From an uncultured Candidatus Rokubacteria bacterium (GTDB taxonomy: Bacteria; Methylomirabilota; Methylomirabilia; Rokubacteriales; DASRDR01): 64,000 nt of DNA. Both the position numbers and the translations under genes were made by a program. The notes below the pieces were generated by a model that ran no database searches, was not told the origin of the DNA, and saw only the letters and a program-made list of their open reading frames with translations. Numbering within the stretch: the stretch's first letter is position 1; every line of letters starts with the position of its first letter. Shown here piece after piece: positions 56,214-64,000 of this stretch. The stretch covers positions 352,001-416,000 of the forward strand of contig CAWGVS010000010.1 of NCBI GenBank assembly GCA_963826115.1. Direction: 5' to 3'.

Positions 56214-56918
56214 TCACCATCCGATGCGCGGCGTCGCGGCATCGACCACGAAGCTCTCCACCGACGCTCCGAAGCTCCGCGCGAGTCCCGACGTCAGGTC
56301 CTCGAGGATGGTCTCGGCCACGCCGGGGCCCGTCTCCGGCAGGCTCTCGGAGACGAGGAAGACCGAGCGGGTCTCGGGGTGGATGAGCCCGTCCTTCGCC
56401 TGGCGCCACATGAGGTGCCGCGTGAGGACCGTCGGGCCGGTGGCGTAGGCGATCTCGCCGGGCGGCACCGGGGCGGGCCCGTCGCCGTCGAGCGCCGCGA
56501 ACGTGTCGCCCTCGCGGGTGAGCCGCACCGTCAGCGGGCCGGCCACGCGGGCGAGGTCGAAGCCGCCCACGGGCACCGCGTGACGGAGCGACACGCTGTT
56601 GTAGAAGTCGACGAGCGGATTGATGTGGAACGGCGCGCCGCCCTTCATGGCGCGGCGGAGCAGCGCCTCGATGGACGTCGGGTACTGGCGCATCGAGACG
56701 CCGGCGGCCTGGAAGCGCTGCCGCCAGGGCACGATCCGCGGGTGGGACTGGGCGTTGCCGTGGGGCGCTCCCGCGGCGGGGGCGCCGGCCCAGGCCTCGG
56801 CCCACTCGCGCGCGACTGACGGATGGTCCGCCTGGTTGTCCACGCCGCGCGCCACCACGACGGCGAGACGCATGCCCGGAAAGCGCGCGAAGACCTCGGG
56901 CTCGACGGAGAAGTCCAT
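56214..56918 (-). CDS. B3/B4 domain protein (PheRS editing-like)
   Basis: SIEALLRR, INPLVDFYN.VSL, GGFDL, GEIAY, WRQ motifs. Confidence 0.9.
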   Translation of the reverse strand: MDFSVEPEVFARFPGMRLAVVVARGVDNQADHPSVAREWAEAWAGAPAAGAPHGNAQSHPRIVPWRQRFQAAGVSMRQYPTSIEALLRRAMKGGAPFHINPLVDFYNSVSLRHAVPVGGFDLARVAGPLTVRLTREGDTFAALDGDGPAPVPPGEIAYATGPTVLTRHLMWRQAKDGLIHPETRSVFLVSESLPETGPGVAETILEDLTSGLARSFGASVESFVVDAATPRIGW

Positions 56919-56927
56919 CGACAGGCC

Positions 56928-57569
56928 TCAGGGCTTCGGGATCCGGAGCGTCTTGCTGATCATCAGCGATCCGGAGAGCCCGAACGCCAGGACGAAGGGA
57001 TGGAAGGCGGCGCCGCCGATCGACACCGAGCCGAGCGGCAGGGCGTCGCCGGTCCGACCCGCCCACGTGAGCGCGACCAGCGCCAGGACGAGGAGGACGC
57101 TCGTTGGGATGGGCGTTCCCTCGAAGTGGGTCACCTTGCCGGTGTCGGTCGAGAGCGCCTCGGCGGTGATGTTGTACCGGGCGAGCCGGCTGATCCCGCA
57201 GGCGACGAAGTAGAGCAGCACGAGCTGGTCGACCACCGTGCCCATGCCGACGGCGTAGGCGAGGCAGGCGGGCGCCACGCCGAAGCTGATCACGTCCGCC
57301 AGCGAGTCGAGCTCGCGTCCCATGGGCGAGGCCCGGTGCCGCCACCGCGCGATCCGCCCGTCGATCACGTCGAACACGAGCGCGAGGACGATGAGACCGC
57401 CCGCGGCGTAGATCCGCTCCGGCGTGGCGCGCCGGACGTAGTCCATGGCGTAGAAGATCGCGGCGGTGCCGCCGCAGCCATTCGCCAGCGTGAAGAGGTC
57501 CGCCAGGTGAAAGGAGCGGAGCATCGAGAAGTGCCGCCGCGGCCCGCCCCGGTCGTGGACTGCCCCCAC
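56928..57569 (-). CDS. pssA: CDP-alcohol phosphatidyltransferase (phosphatidylserine synthase type)
   Basis: DVIDGRIAR...GRELDSLADVISFGVAPA, RLARYN, FEGTPIP motifs. Confidence 0.88.
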   Translation of the reverse strand: MGAVHDRGGPRRHFSMLRSFHLADLFTLANGCGGTAAIFYAMDYVRRATPERIYAAGGLIVLALVFDVIDGRIARWRHRASPMGRELDSLADVISFGVAPACLAYAVGMGTVVDQLVLLYFVACGISRLARYNITAEALSTDTGKVTHFEGTPIPTSVLLVLALVALTWAGRTGDALPLGSVSIGGAAFHPFVLAFGLSGSLMISKTLRIPKP

Positions 57570-57680
57570 GCGTGTTCCCCCCGCCGTGCTTGATCCCCGG
57601 TGCCGTCCACCCTAGCATTCCCGCAACGCGCTGCCGAGCCGCCGGGACCCGCCCGGCGGCCGCGCGCGATCGGAGGCTCC

Positions 57681-58502
57681 ATGCGGGCTCGGGCGGCGGG
57701 GCGCGGGGACGCGCCGGCCGGGGGCAACAACGACTGGTACCGCTTCCACGCGCCGCGCCGCGTCCCCGCGCTGGCGGCCCCGGAGATGCTGGCCGCGCGC
57801 GCCCGAGCCGAGCGCGACCTTGACGCCGTGCTGGGGCGGACCGGGCTGTCCCGCTCGGACCGCATCCTGGAGGTCGGCTGCGGCTGGGGGCGGCACGCGC
57901 TCGCGCTCGCTCGCCGCGGCTTCGGCCGGGTCGTCAGCGTGGACATCGCTCCGGAGCCGCTCGCCGTGGCGGGGGCCCTCGCGCGGGAGGCCGGGCTCGC
58001 GTGCGAGATCCGCCAGCAGGACTTCGGCCTCGTGGACGACGGTCCGTACCGCGCCGTGCTGTCCCTCTACGACCGGAGCCTCTGCGGCTTTCCCACCGAG
58101 GACGAGGATGCCCGGAGCCTCCGGCGCCTCGCCGGCCTCCTCGACCCCGGCGGGTGGCTCGTGTTCGGCATCGACGACTGGCCGGCCCGGCTGCCGGACG
58201 CGTCGGCTCGTCGGGAGGAGACGGAGCGGGGCGTGGAGTGGGTCGAGGTCGTTCCCGACGCGGCGACGATGACCTGCACCCACCGGGTCTCGCTCGTCCG
58301 GCCCGACGGCCGCCGGGAGACGCACGCGCTCACCCGGCGGCACTACTCGCTGGCCGAGCTCGAGAGGCTCCTGGCGCGCTGCGGGTTCGTCCTGGCCGCC
58401 GCGTTCCACCGCCTGGCCGAGGAGCGCCCGTACGTGGAGGGCGGCGAGGGGCTGTTCGTCTACGCGCGGCGGGGCGGGGAGGCCCGGTCGTCCGGGACCT
58501 GA
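57681..58502 (+). CDS. Class I SAM-dependent methyltransferase
   Basis: ILEVGCGWGRH, VDI, LDPGGWL motifs; GGAGG RBS. Confidence 0.9.
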   Translation: MRARAAGRGDAPAGGNNDWYRFHAPRRVPALAAPEMLAARARAERDLDAVLGRTGLSRSDRILEVGCGWGRHALALARRGFGRVVSVDIAPEPLAVAGALAREAGLACEIRQQDFGLVDDGPYRAVLSLYDRSLCGFPTEDEDARSLRRLAGLLDPGGWLVFGIDDWPARLPDASARREETERGVEWVEVVPDAATMTCTHRVSLVRPDGRRETHALTRRHYSLAELERLLARCGFVLAAAFHRLAEERPYVEGGEGLFVYARRGGEARSSGT

Positions 58503-58530
58503 GCCTCCCCGCGTGCGCGAGTGGGCGCCG

Positions 58531-59187
58531 CTATTCCTTGACCAGGAAGTGCGCCCGTCGATTCCGGGTCCAGCACCCCTCCGTGCGGTCGCCGCAGAGC
58601 GGCCGCTCCTCGCCGTAGCTCACCATCGTCATCCGCGTCTCGGCGATTCCGGCGGCCGCAAGGTAGTCCCGGGTGGCTCGGGCCCGCCGCTCCCCGAGCG
58701 CGAGGTTGTACTCGTTGGTCCCGCGCTCGTCGCAGTGGCCCTGGATGAGGACCTGGGTGCGGCCGTGCGACTTCAGCCAGCGAGCGTTCGCGTCGAGGAT
58801 GGCCTTGCCCGACGGCGGGATGTCGGACCGGTCGAACTCGAACTGGACGTCATGGAGGCTCGAGGCGTCCGAGAACTCCGTCGGCGACGGCAGCGCGGGG
58901 ATCGTGGTCCCGCCGGTGCCGCCCGTTCCGCCGGCCATGCCCCCACCGGCGCCGCCCGCACCCTGGGCGCCCGCGGCGCCGCCGCCGGCTGACCCCATGC
59001 CCGAGCCCGCGCCGCCAGCGCCACCGGCAGTGCCGGCGCCTCCTGCCCCGCCTGCGCTGCCGCCGGGACCGAGCCCCGCGCCGGCGGCTCCGCCGGGCTT
59101 CGGACTCTTCGGGCAGCCCGCGAGCAGCACCGTGGCCAGCGCCAGCAGGACGATGGTGCGAAACCGTCCAAGAGCGACGTGTGTCAT
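58531..59187 (-). CDS. pal: Peptidoglycan-associated lipoprotein with Gly/Ala-rich linker
   Basis: LAGC lipobox; FEFDRS, GHCDERGTNEYNLALGERRA, SYGEERP, NRRA motifs. Confidence 0.92.
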   Translation of the reverse strand: MTHVALGRFRTIVLLALATVLLAGCPKSPKPGGAAGAGLGPGGSAGGAGGAGTAGGAGGAGSGMGSAGGGAAGAQGAGGAGGGMAGGTGGTGGTTIPALPSPTEFSDASSLHDVQFEFDRSDIPPSGKAILDANARWLKSHGRTQVLIQGHCDERGTNEYNLALGERRARATRDYLAAAGIAETRMTMVSYGEERPLCGDRTEGCWTRNRRAHFLVKE

Positions 59188-59282
59188 CGTGCTCCTCCTC
59201 TCACTCGGAGCGTCGGCCGCGGCGCGGCATCGCGCGCCCCATGCCCGCGATCGCCTCATGTGACGGCAGAAGGATAGCTCAC

Positions 59283-59302
59283 ATATCGCCCCACGATATA
59301 CT
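59283..59302 (+). promoter_or_regulatory. Palindromic operator ATATCG-N5-CGATAT overlapping -10 TATACT of marR
   Basis: AT-rich inverted repeat in a very GC-rich background; GTG start 6 nt after the -10 element. Confidence 0.6.
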
Positions 59303-59308
59303 TTTCGC

Positions 59309-59809
59309 GTGGGTCCGGGAGTCGGGCGAGGGAGTCGGGGGGCTCGGGTCGACTACGCGACCCTCGCCGCGCTGCGGTACCAGCTGCGGTTGTTCCTCCA
59401 CCGGCGGGAGAAGGCAGCGCGCGCCGCCGGCGTCGAGCCCCAGCAGTACCTCTTGCTGCTCCAGCTGAAAGGCCTGGAGGGACACGGGCCCGCGACCGTC
59501 GGCGTGCTCGCGGAGCGCCTGCAGGTCCGGCACCACAGCGCGGTCGGACTGGTCGACCGCCTCGCCCGCCGGGGGATGGTGTCACGGCAGCGGGACCAGC
59601 GGGACGGTCGGACCGTGATCGTGCGTCTGACGGCGACGGGCCGGTCCATCCTGAGGCGGCTGGCGCTCAGATCCCTCGCCGAGCTCGAGACCGACGGACC
59701 CGCGCTCGTGGCGGTGCTGAGGCGGCTGATCCGCCGTCCTGCGAGCGGGCTCGCGGGACGGCGGTCAGCGGCCGGCGCGCTCAGGCGTCGCCCGGCTCCT
59801 CGCGGATGA
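59309..59809 (+). CDS. MarR family transcriptional regulator
   Basis: RYQLRLFL, PQQYLLLL, LAERLQVRHHSAVGLVDRL, DGR...VRLT..G motifs. Confidence 0.9.
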   Translation: MGPGVGRGSRGARVDYATLAALRYQLRLFLHRREKAARAAGVEPQQYLLLLQLKGLEGHGPATVGVLAERLQVRHHSAVGLVDRLARRGMVSRQRDQRDGRTVIVRLTATGRSILRRLALRSLAELETDGPALVAVLRRLIRRPASGLAGRRSAAGALRRRPAPRG

Positions 59810-60653
59810 AGCGACCGGTGCGGAGGTCCTGGAGAGTCTGCTCGATCTCCGCGCGCGTGTTCATGACGAACGGGCCGTAGCGGGCGATCGGCTCGCCGAG
59901 CGGCCGGGCCGCGGCGAGCAGGAACCGGCCCCCGCCGGGGCCCGCCCACGCCTCGATCAGGTCGCCGTCGCCGAACACCAGGAGGGCGGGGCCGTGGACC
60001 GGCTTCCGCTCCGGGCCGAACGCGACGTCGCCCTTGTCCAGGTACGCGAAGACGGTGTGGCCGCGCGCCACCGTCTCCCGGAACGCGGTCCCCGGCGGCA
60101 GCGTGACGTCCACGAACTTGGGCGCGACCGCCAGGCCCTCGACCGGGCCCTGGAGCGTCCCGCCGGCCGCGTCCCCCGCGATCACGCGGATCCGCGCGCC
60201 CTCGGCGACCTCGACCTCGGGCAGGCTCTTCCCCTGGAGGTCCCGGTACTTCGGGCGCGTCATCTTGTCCCGCGCCGGCAGGTTCAGCCAGAGCTGGAGC
60301 CCGGCGATCCCCTCCGGGCGGACCTGGGGCATCTCCTCGTGGAGGATGCCGCTGCCCGACGTCATCCACTGGATGTCGCCGGCGCCGATGCTGCCCTGGT
60401 GGCCGAGCGAGTCGCGGTGCCGGACCTCGCCCTGGCGCACGATCGTCACCGTCTCGATGCCGCGATGCGGGTGGTAGGGGAACCCGGCCCGGTAGTCGGC
60501 CGGCTCCGCCGACTCGAAGTGGTCCAGCAGCAGAAACGGATCGAGGTGGTCGAGCCGCCGCGTGCCGATGCTGCGCCCGAGATGGACGCCCGCGCCCTCG
60601 ACGACCGGCTCGGGCGGGGTCACGACCTTCGTCACCTTCCTGGACTCCGACAT
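59781..60653 (-). CDS. Pirin family protein
   Basis: EGAGV, DPFLLLDH, GFPYHPHRGIETVT, LQLWLNLP, YGPFVMNT motifs. Confidence 0.94.
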   Translation of the reverse strand: MSESRKVTKVVTPPEPVVEGAGVHLGRSIGTRRLDHLDPFLLLDHFESAEPADYRAGFPYHPHRGIETVTIVRQGEVRHRDSLGHQGSIGAGDIQWMTSGSGILHEEMPQVRPEGIAGLQLWLNLPARDKMTRPKYRDLQGKSLPEVEVAEGARIRVIAGDAAGGTLQGPVEGLAVAPKFVDVTLPPGTAFRETVARGHTVFAYLDKGDVAFGPERKPVHGPALLVFGDGDLIEAWAGPGGGRFLLAAARPLGEPIARYGPFVMNTRAEIEQTLQDLRTGRFIREEPGDA

Positions 60654-60836
60654 GTCTCAGCGACCTCCTTGGCTCAAGATTTCAACGCTCCCAGTCCAGT
60701 GTAGCGAGCGCGTCAAACGGCCCCCGGCGGAAAGGGGACGGCGGCTGGCGTGGGGCCGCGGCCGGGGGTAGTGTGTCTGCCACGGTTGGCGGGCCCCGGT
60801 CCTGGCCGAGAAAACGTCGAGCCGCGGAGGTGACCC

Positions 60837-61169
60837 ATGCCCCTCTACATGTACCAGGCCGCCTATACGCCCGAGTCCTGGAGCGCCCAGCTGAAGAATC
60901 CGCAGAACCGGATCGAGAGCGTGGGCCGACAGGTGTGCGAGGCCGTGGGAGGAAAGCTCCTCGGAGGCTGGCTCTCGTTCGGCGAGTACGACCTCGTGAT
61001 CATCGCGGACGTCCCGGGGAACGAGGCGATGGCCGCCATCGCCCTCGGGGTGGCCGCCGGAGGCGCCATCAAGTCCGCCAAGACGACCGTCCTCATGTCG
61101 GGAGCGGAGGGCGTGGCCGCCCTCAAGAAGGCGGACGCCGTCACCAAGACGTATCGCCCCGCCCGCTGA
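60837..61169 (+). CDS. GYD domain protein
   Basis: YMYQAAYTPESW, VGGKL, FGEYD motifs; GGAGG RBS. Confidence 0.88.
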   Translation: MPLYMYQAAYTPESWSAQLKNPQNRIESVGRQVCEAVGGKLLGGWLSFGEYDLVIIADVPGNEAMAAIALGVAAGGAIKSAKTTVLMSGAEGVAALKKADAVTKTYRPAR

Positions 61170-61228
61170 GCCGTCCGGACGCGAGGCCGGGGCGCCCGCC
61201 AACCGCCCCCCGGCCGGCGCCCCGACCG

Positions 61229-62254
61229 TCAGTCGCCCGCGCCCCGGGCCCGCAGGCGATCGAACAGCACGGCGACGATGATGAAGGTCCCCACGAACGT
61301 GCCCTGCCAGAACGTGCTGATCCCGAGCAGGATGAGGCTGTTCCGGATCACCTCGATCAGGGCGGCGCCGACGATCGCGCCGAAGGCGGTGCCGGCGCCG
61401 CCGCTCAGGTTCGCCCCGCCGATGACGGCGGCGGCGATGACGGTCAGCTCCATCCCCTGGCCGAGGCCCGTGGTGATGGTGCCGAGCCACCCGACCTCGA
61501 GGATGCCGGCGATGCCGGCGCAGAGCGCGCAGGCCATGTAGACGCTGACCTTCACCAGCCGGACCGGCACGCCCGTGAGGTTGGCCGCCGCCTCGTTGCC
61601 GCCGATCGCGAACACGTGGCGGCCCCAGCGAGTCCAGCGGAAGGCGAAGCCGGCGATGAGCGCCATGGCGACCAGGAACAAGACGGGATTCGGGACCTGC
61701 ACGGGGGCCCGGAACGGCAGCGCGACGGTGATGAACCCCCCGCCGAGGGCCAGCAGCTGGTCCTGGTCGGGGCCGAACTCGTAGACCATGCGGTTGTTGG
61801 AGAGCACCATCGCCAGGCTCCGAGCGATGGACAGCATGCCGAGCGTCACCACGAACGGGGGCATGCCGACGTAGGCGATCATCACGCCGTTGAACGCCCC
61901 CACGCCGAGCGCGGTGGCGAGCGCCAGCGGGACGGCCACCCAGAACGGCGTGCCGACGTTCATCGACATGCCGATCACCATGCCGGACAGGGCGAGGACG
62001 GCGCCGACCGACAGGTCGATGCCGCCGGTGACGATGACCGCGGTCATGCCGAGCGCGATGATCCCGACGAAGGCGAAGTTGCGGGTGACGTTGAAGAGGT
62101 TCTGCTGCGTCGCGAACACGTCGCTGGCGAACGAGAGAAGGACGAAGGCCAGCACGGCGGCCAGGGAGACCCAGAACGTCTGGCGGCTGACGAGCCAGCT
62201 CACCGGGCCCTCGTGCGTCCGCCGCCCGATCGACTCCTCGAGCGTCATCGCCAC
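61229..62254 (-). CDS. Monosaccharide ABC transporter permease (RbsC-like)
   Basis: GGIDLSVG, PPFVVTLG, AIGGNEAAA, AAAVIGGANL.GG.G motifs. Confidence 0.94.
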   Translation of the reverse strand: MAMTLEESIGRRTHEGPVSWLVSRQTFWVSLAAVLAFVLLSFASDVFATQQNLFNVTRNFAFVGIIALGMTAVIVTGGIDLSVGAVLALSGMVIGMSMNVGTPFWVAVPLALATALGVGAFNGVMIAYVGMPPFVVTLGMLSIARSLAMVLSNNRMVYEFGPDQDQLLALGGGFITVALPFRAPVQVPNPVLFLVAMALIAGFAFRWTRWGRHVFAIGGNEAAANLTGVPVRLVKVSVYMACALCAGIAGILEVGWLGTITTGLGQGMELTVIAAAVIGGANLSGGAGTAFGAIVGAALIEVIRNSLILLGISTFWQGTFVGTFIIVAVLFDRLRARGAGD

Positions 62255-62291
62255 GTCGGGACGCCTCGCGCTCGGGCCGCCGGCCCGTCCA

Positions 62292-63032
62292 TCAGGCGGA
62301 TTCGACGGCACCGGTGATGAGCCCCGTGACCTCCTGGGGGGAGCTCGCCGCGATGGCCTTGTCCGCGACCTTCGCGCCGCGCCGGAGCACCACGATGCGG
62401 TCGGCGACCGCGAACACGTCCGGCATGCGGTGGCTGATCAGCACCACCGCGATCCCGTGGTCGCGCAGCCGGCGGATGAGGCTCAGCACCTCCGCGACCT
62501 GGCGCACGCTGATGGCCGCCGTCGGCTCGTCCATCAGCACGATCTTCGGCTCCGAGAGGCGCGTCCGCGCGATGGCGACCGCCTGCCGCTGCCCACCCGA
62601 CATGCGCCGGACCAGGTCGCGGGGCCGCGTCTCGGACTTCAGCTCCGCGAAGAGCTCCCCGGCCCGCTGGTACATCGCCCGGTAATCCAGGACGCGGAAC
62701 GGCCCGAACCCCCGGGTGAGCTCGCGCCCGAGGTACACGTTCGCCGCCGCGGTGAGGTTGTCGCAGAGCGCGAGGTCCTGATAGACGACCTCGATGCCCT
62801 CGACGCGCGCGTCGGCCGGCTTGTGAAACGCGACCGGGCGGCCGAGCATCGCCATCGTCCCGCCGCTCGGCGGGTAGTTCCCCGCCACGATCTTGACGAG
62901 CGTGGACTTGCCGGCGCCGTTGTCGCCCATGAGGCCCACGACTTCCCCGGCGCTGAGCGACAGCGACACGTCGACCAGCGCCTGGATGGCGCCGAAGTGC
63001 TTGGAGATGCCGGTGAGCTCGAGGAGCCCCAT
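62292..63032 (-). CDS. Monosaccharide ABC transporter ATP-binding protein
   Basis: GDNGAGKST, YQDLAL, MSGGQRQ, DEPTAA motifs. Confidence 0.95.
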   Translation of the reverse strand: MGLLELTGISKHFGAIQALVDVSLSLSAGEVVGLMGDNGAGKSTLVKIVAGNYPPSGGTMAMLGRPVAFHKPADARVEGIEVVYQDLALCDNLTAAANVYLGRELTRGFGPFRVLDYRAMYQRAGELFAELKSETRPRDLVRRMSGGQRQAVAIARTRLSEPKIVLMDEPTAAISVRQVAEVLSLIRRLRDHGIAVVLISHRMPDVFAVADRIVVLRRGAKVADKAIAASSPQEVTGLITGAVESA

Positions 63033-63102
63033 CGGACGGCGCGCCTACCCGGCCCCGCCGCGCGCCGCGAGCGGCCCGCGGGCCGGCCGGAGGCCTGGAA
63101 CA

Positions 63103-63128
63103 GAAAGGGCGCCGCGGGGCGCCCTTTC
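63103..63128 (-). terminator. Hairpin between the binding-protein and ATPase genes
   Basis: GAAAGGGCGCC-GCGG-GGCGCCCTTTC perfect 11-bp stem; weak U tract, so possibly an mRNA stabiliser. Confidence 0.55.
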
Positions 63129-63148
63129 GCCAGGGACCGGGCGCCGGG

Positions 63149-64000
63149 CTACTGCGCCGGGCACTTCCCGATGTTCTGAGGCGTGCACTCGTCCAGGCCG
63201 GTGTAGAGCGGGTCCTTGACCGGCTTCTTGTTGATGAGGTCGATCAGCACGGCCGGGGCCCGGTGTCCCATCTCGAAGGGGCGCTGCCCGATCTGCGCGT
63301 GGCTCCGCCCCGCCTTCAGCGCGTTCATCTGCGGCGGGAGCGTGTCCCCGGCCACGATGACCAGCTTCTTCTCCTTGAGCTTCGCCATCACCTGGTCGGT
63401 GACTTGCGCGTAGGCCTGCGGGCCGAACTGGGCCCAGCCGCCCACGAGGATGAAGGCGTCCAGGTTGGGGTTGGCGATGAACGTGTCGGACATCTGCTGG
63501 TTCGCGAGGTCGATCTGGTCGTTCGTGAAGAGCGGGCAGCCCTTGATCTCGGTCCAGCCGCCCTCGCCCTTCAGGCGATCGATGCCCTTCTTGCCCGAGA
63601 TGGTGTCGCGGAACCCCTGCGCGCGGGCGTTGATGTTGTCGGCGGCGACGTTGCCGAGCTGCAGGCACACGGTGCCGCCCTTGGGCTTGAGCCCCTTCAG
63701 GTGCTTCGCCATCAGGACGCCCATGTCGTAGTTGTTCGTTCCGAGGTAGGTCTTCCGGAGCGACCGGTCCGCCGCCGCCAGGTCGGCGTCGATCGTCATG
63801 ATCGGCATGGTCGGCTTCTTCGCCTTGAGCATGTTGGCCATGGCCGGCGCGTTCGACGGCGAGATCGCGATGCCGGCGGCGCCCGAGTTGATGAGGTCCT
63901 CCACGATCCGGACCTCCCCGGTCTCGTCGGCGCTCGATGCCGGCCCCGTGTACACGCACTTGTACTCGGACTTCGGATTCTCCTTGTTCCAGAGCTCGCA
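63149..64000 (-). CDS. Monosaccharide ABC substrate-binding protein (5' end beyond window)
   Basis: Frame open to 64000; GIAISP, YLGTNNY, GQRPFEMG periplasmic-binding-protein motifs. Confidence 0.9.
   Translation of the reverse strand, partial: CELWNKENPKSEYKCVYTGPASSADETGEVRIVEDLINSGAAGIAISPSNAPAMANMLKAKKPTMPIMTIDADLAAADRSLRKTYLGTNNYDMGVLMAKHLKGLKPKGGTVCLQLGNVAADNINARAQGFRDTISGKKGIDRLKGEGGWTEIKGCPLFTNDQIDLANQQMSDTFIANPNLDAFILVGGWAQFGPQAYAQVTDQVMAKLKEKKLVIVAGDTLPPQMNALKAGRSHAQIGQRPFEMGHRAPAVLIDLINKKPVKDPLYTGLDECTPQNIGKCPAQ

Overview
Very GC-rich bacterial chromosomal window. The gene content and style are compatible with Ca. Rokubacteria/Methylomirabilota (inference only). In order it contains: (1) the ftsZ-pgeF-yggS-proC-yggT-divIVA-DUF167-mtnA-aminotransferase cluster; (2) two convergent CapK/PaaK-like ligases with a GNAT, an ABC-F ATPase and a sulfotransferase; (3) a ~17-kb pentose/xyloside utilisation locus (two GH31, GH127, mutarotase, XylB/XylC-like oxidative enzymes, ABC transporter, LacI) with three GTGACCGGTCAC operators; (4) hisZ-purA; (5) tRNA-Lys(UUU) with a decayed 5'-half copy ~1 kb upstream; (6) a complete ebo gene set split into two convergent halves, where eboD-E-C directly follows a secreted PQQ-type dehydrogenase and two c-type cytochromes, and eboA-B-F is on the opposite strand; (7) between those halves, a USP gene with a putative enhancer, sigma54 promoter and ANTAR-type dual-hairpin/terminator leader; (8) pssA, pal, marR, pirin, GYD genes and a sugar ABC transporter. 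Three single-base insertions (one in a GH31, two in eboC) may be assembly errors. I found no CRISPR array, transposase or integrase. All calls come from reading motifs by eye; no searches were run.
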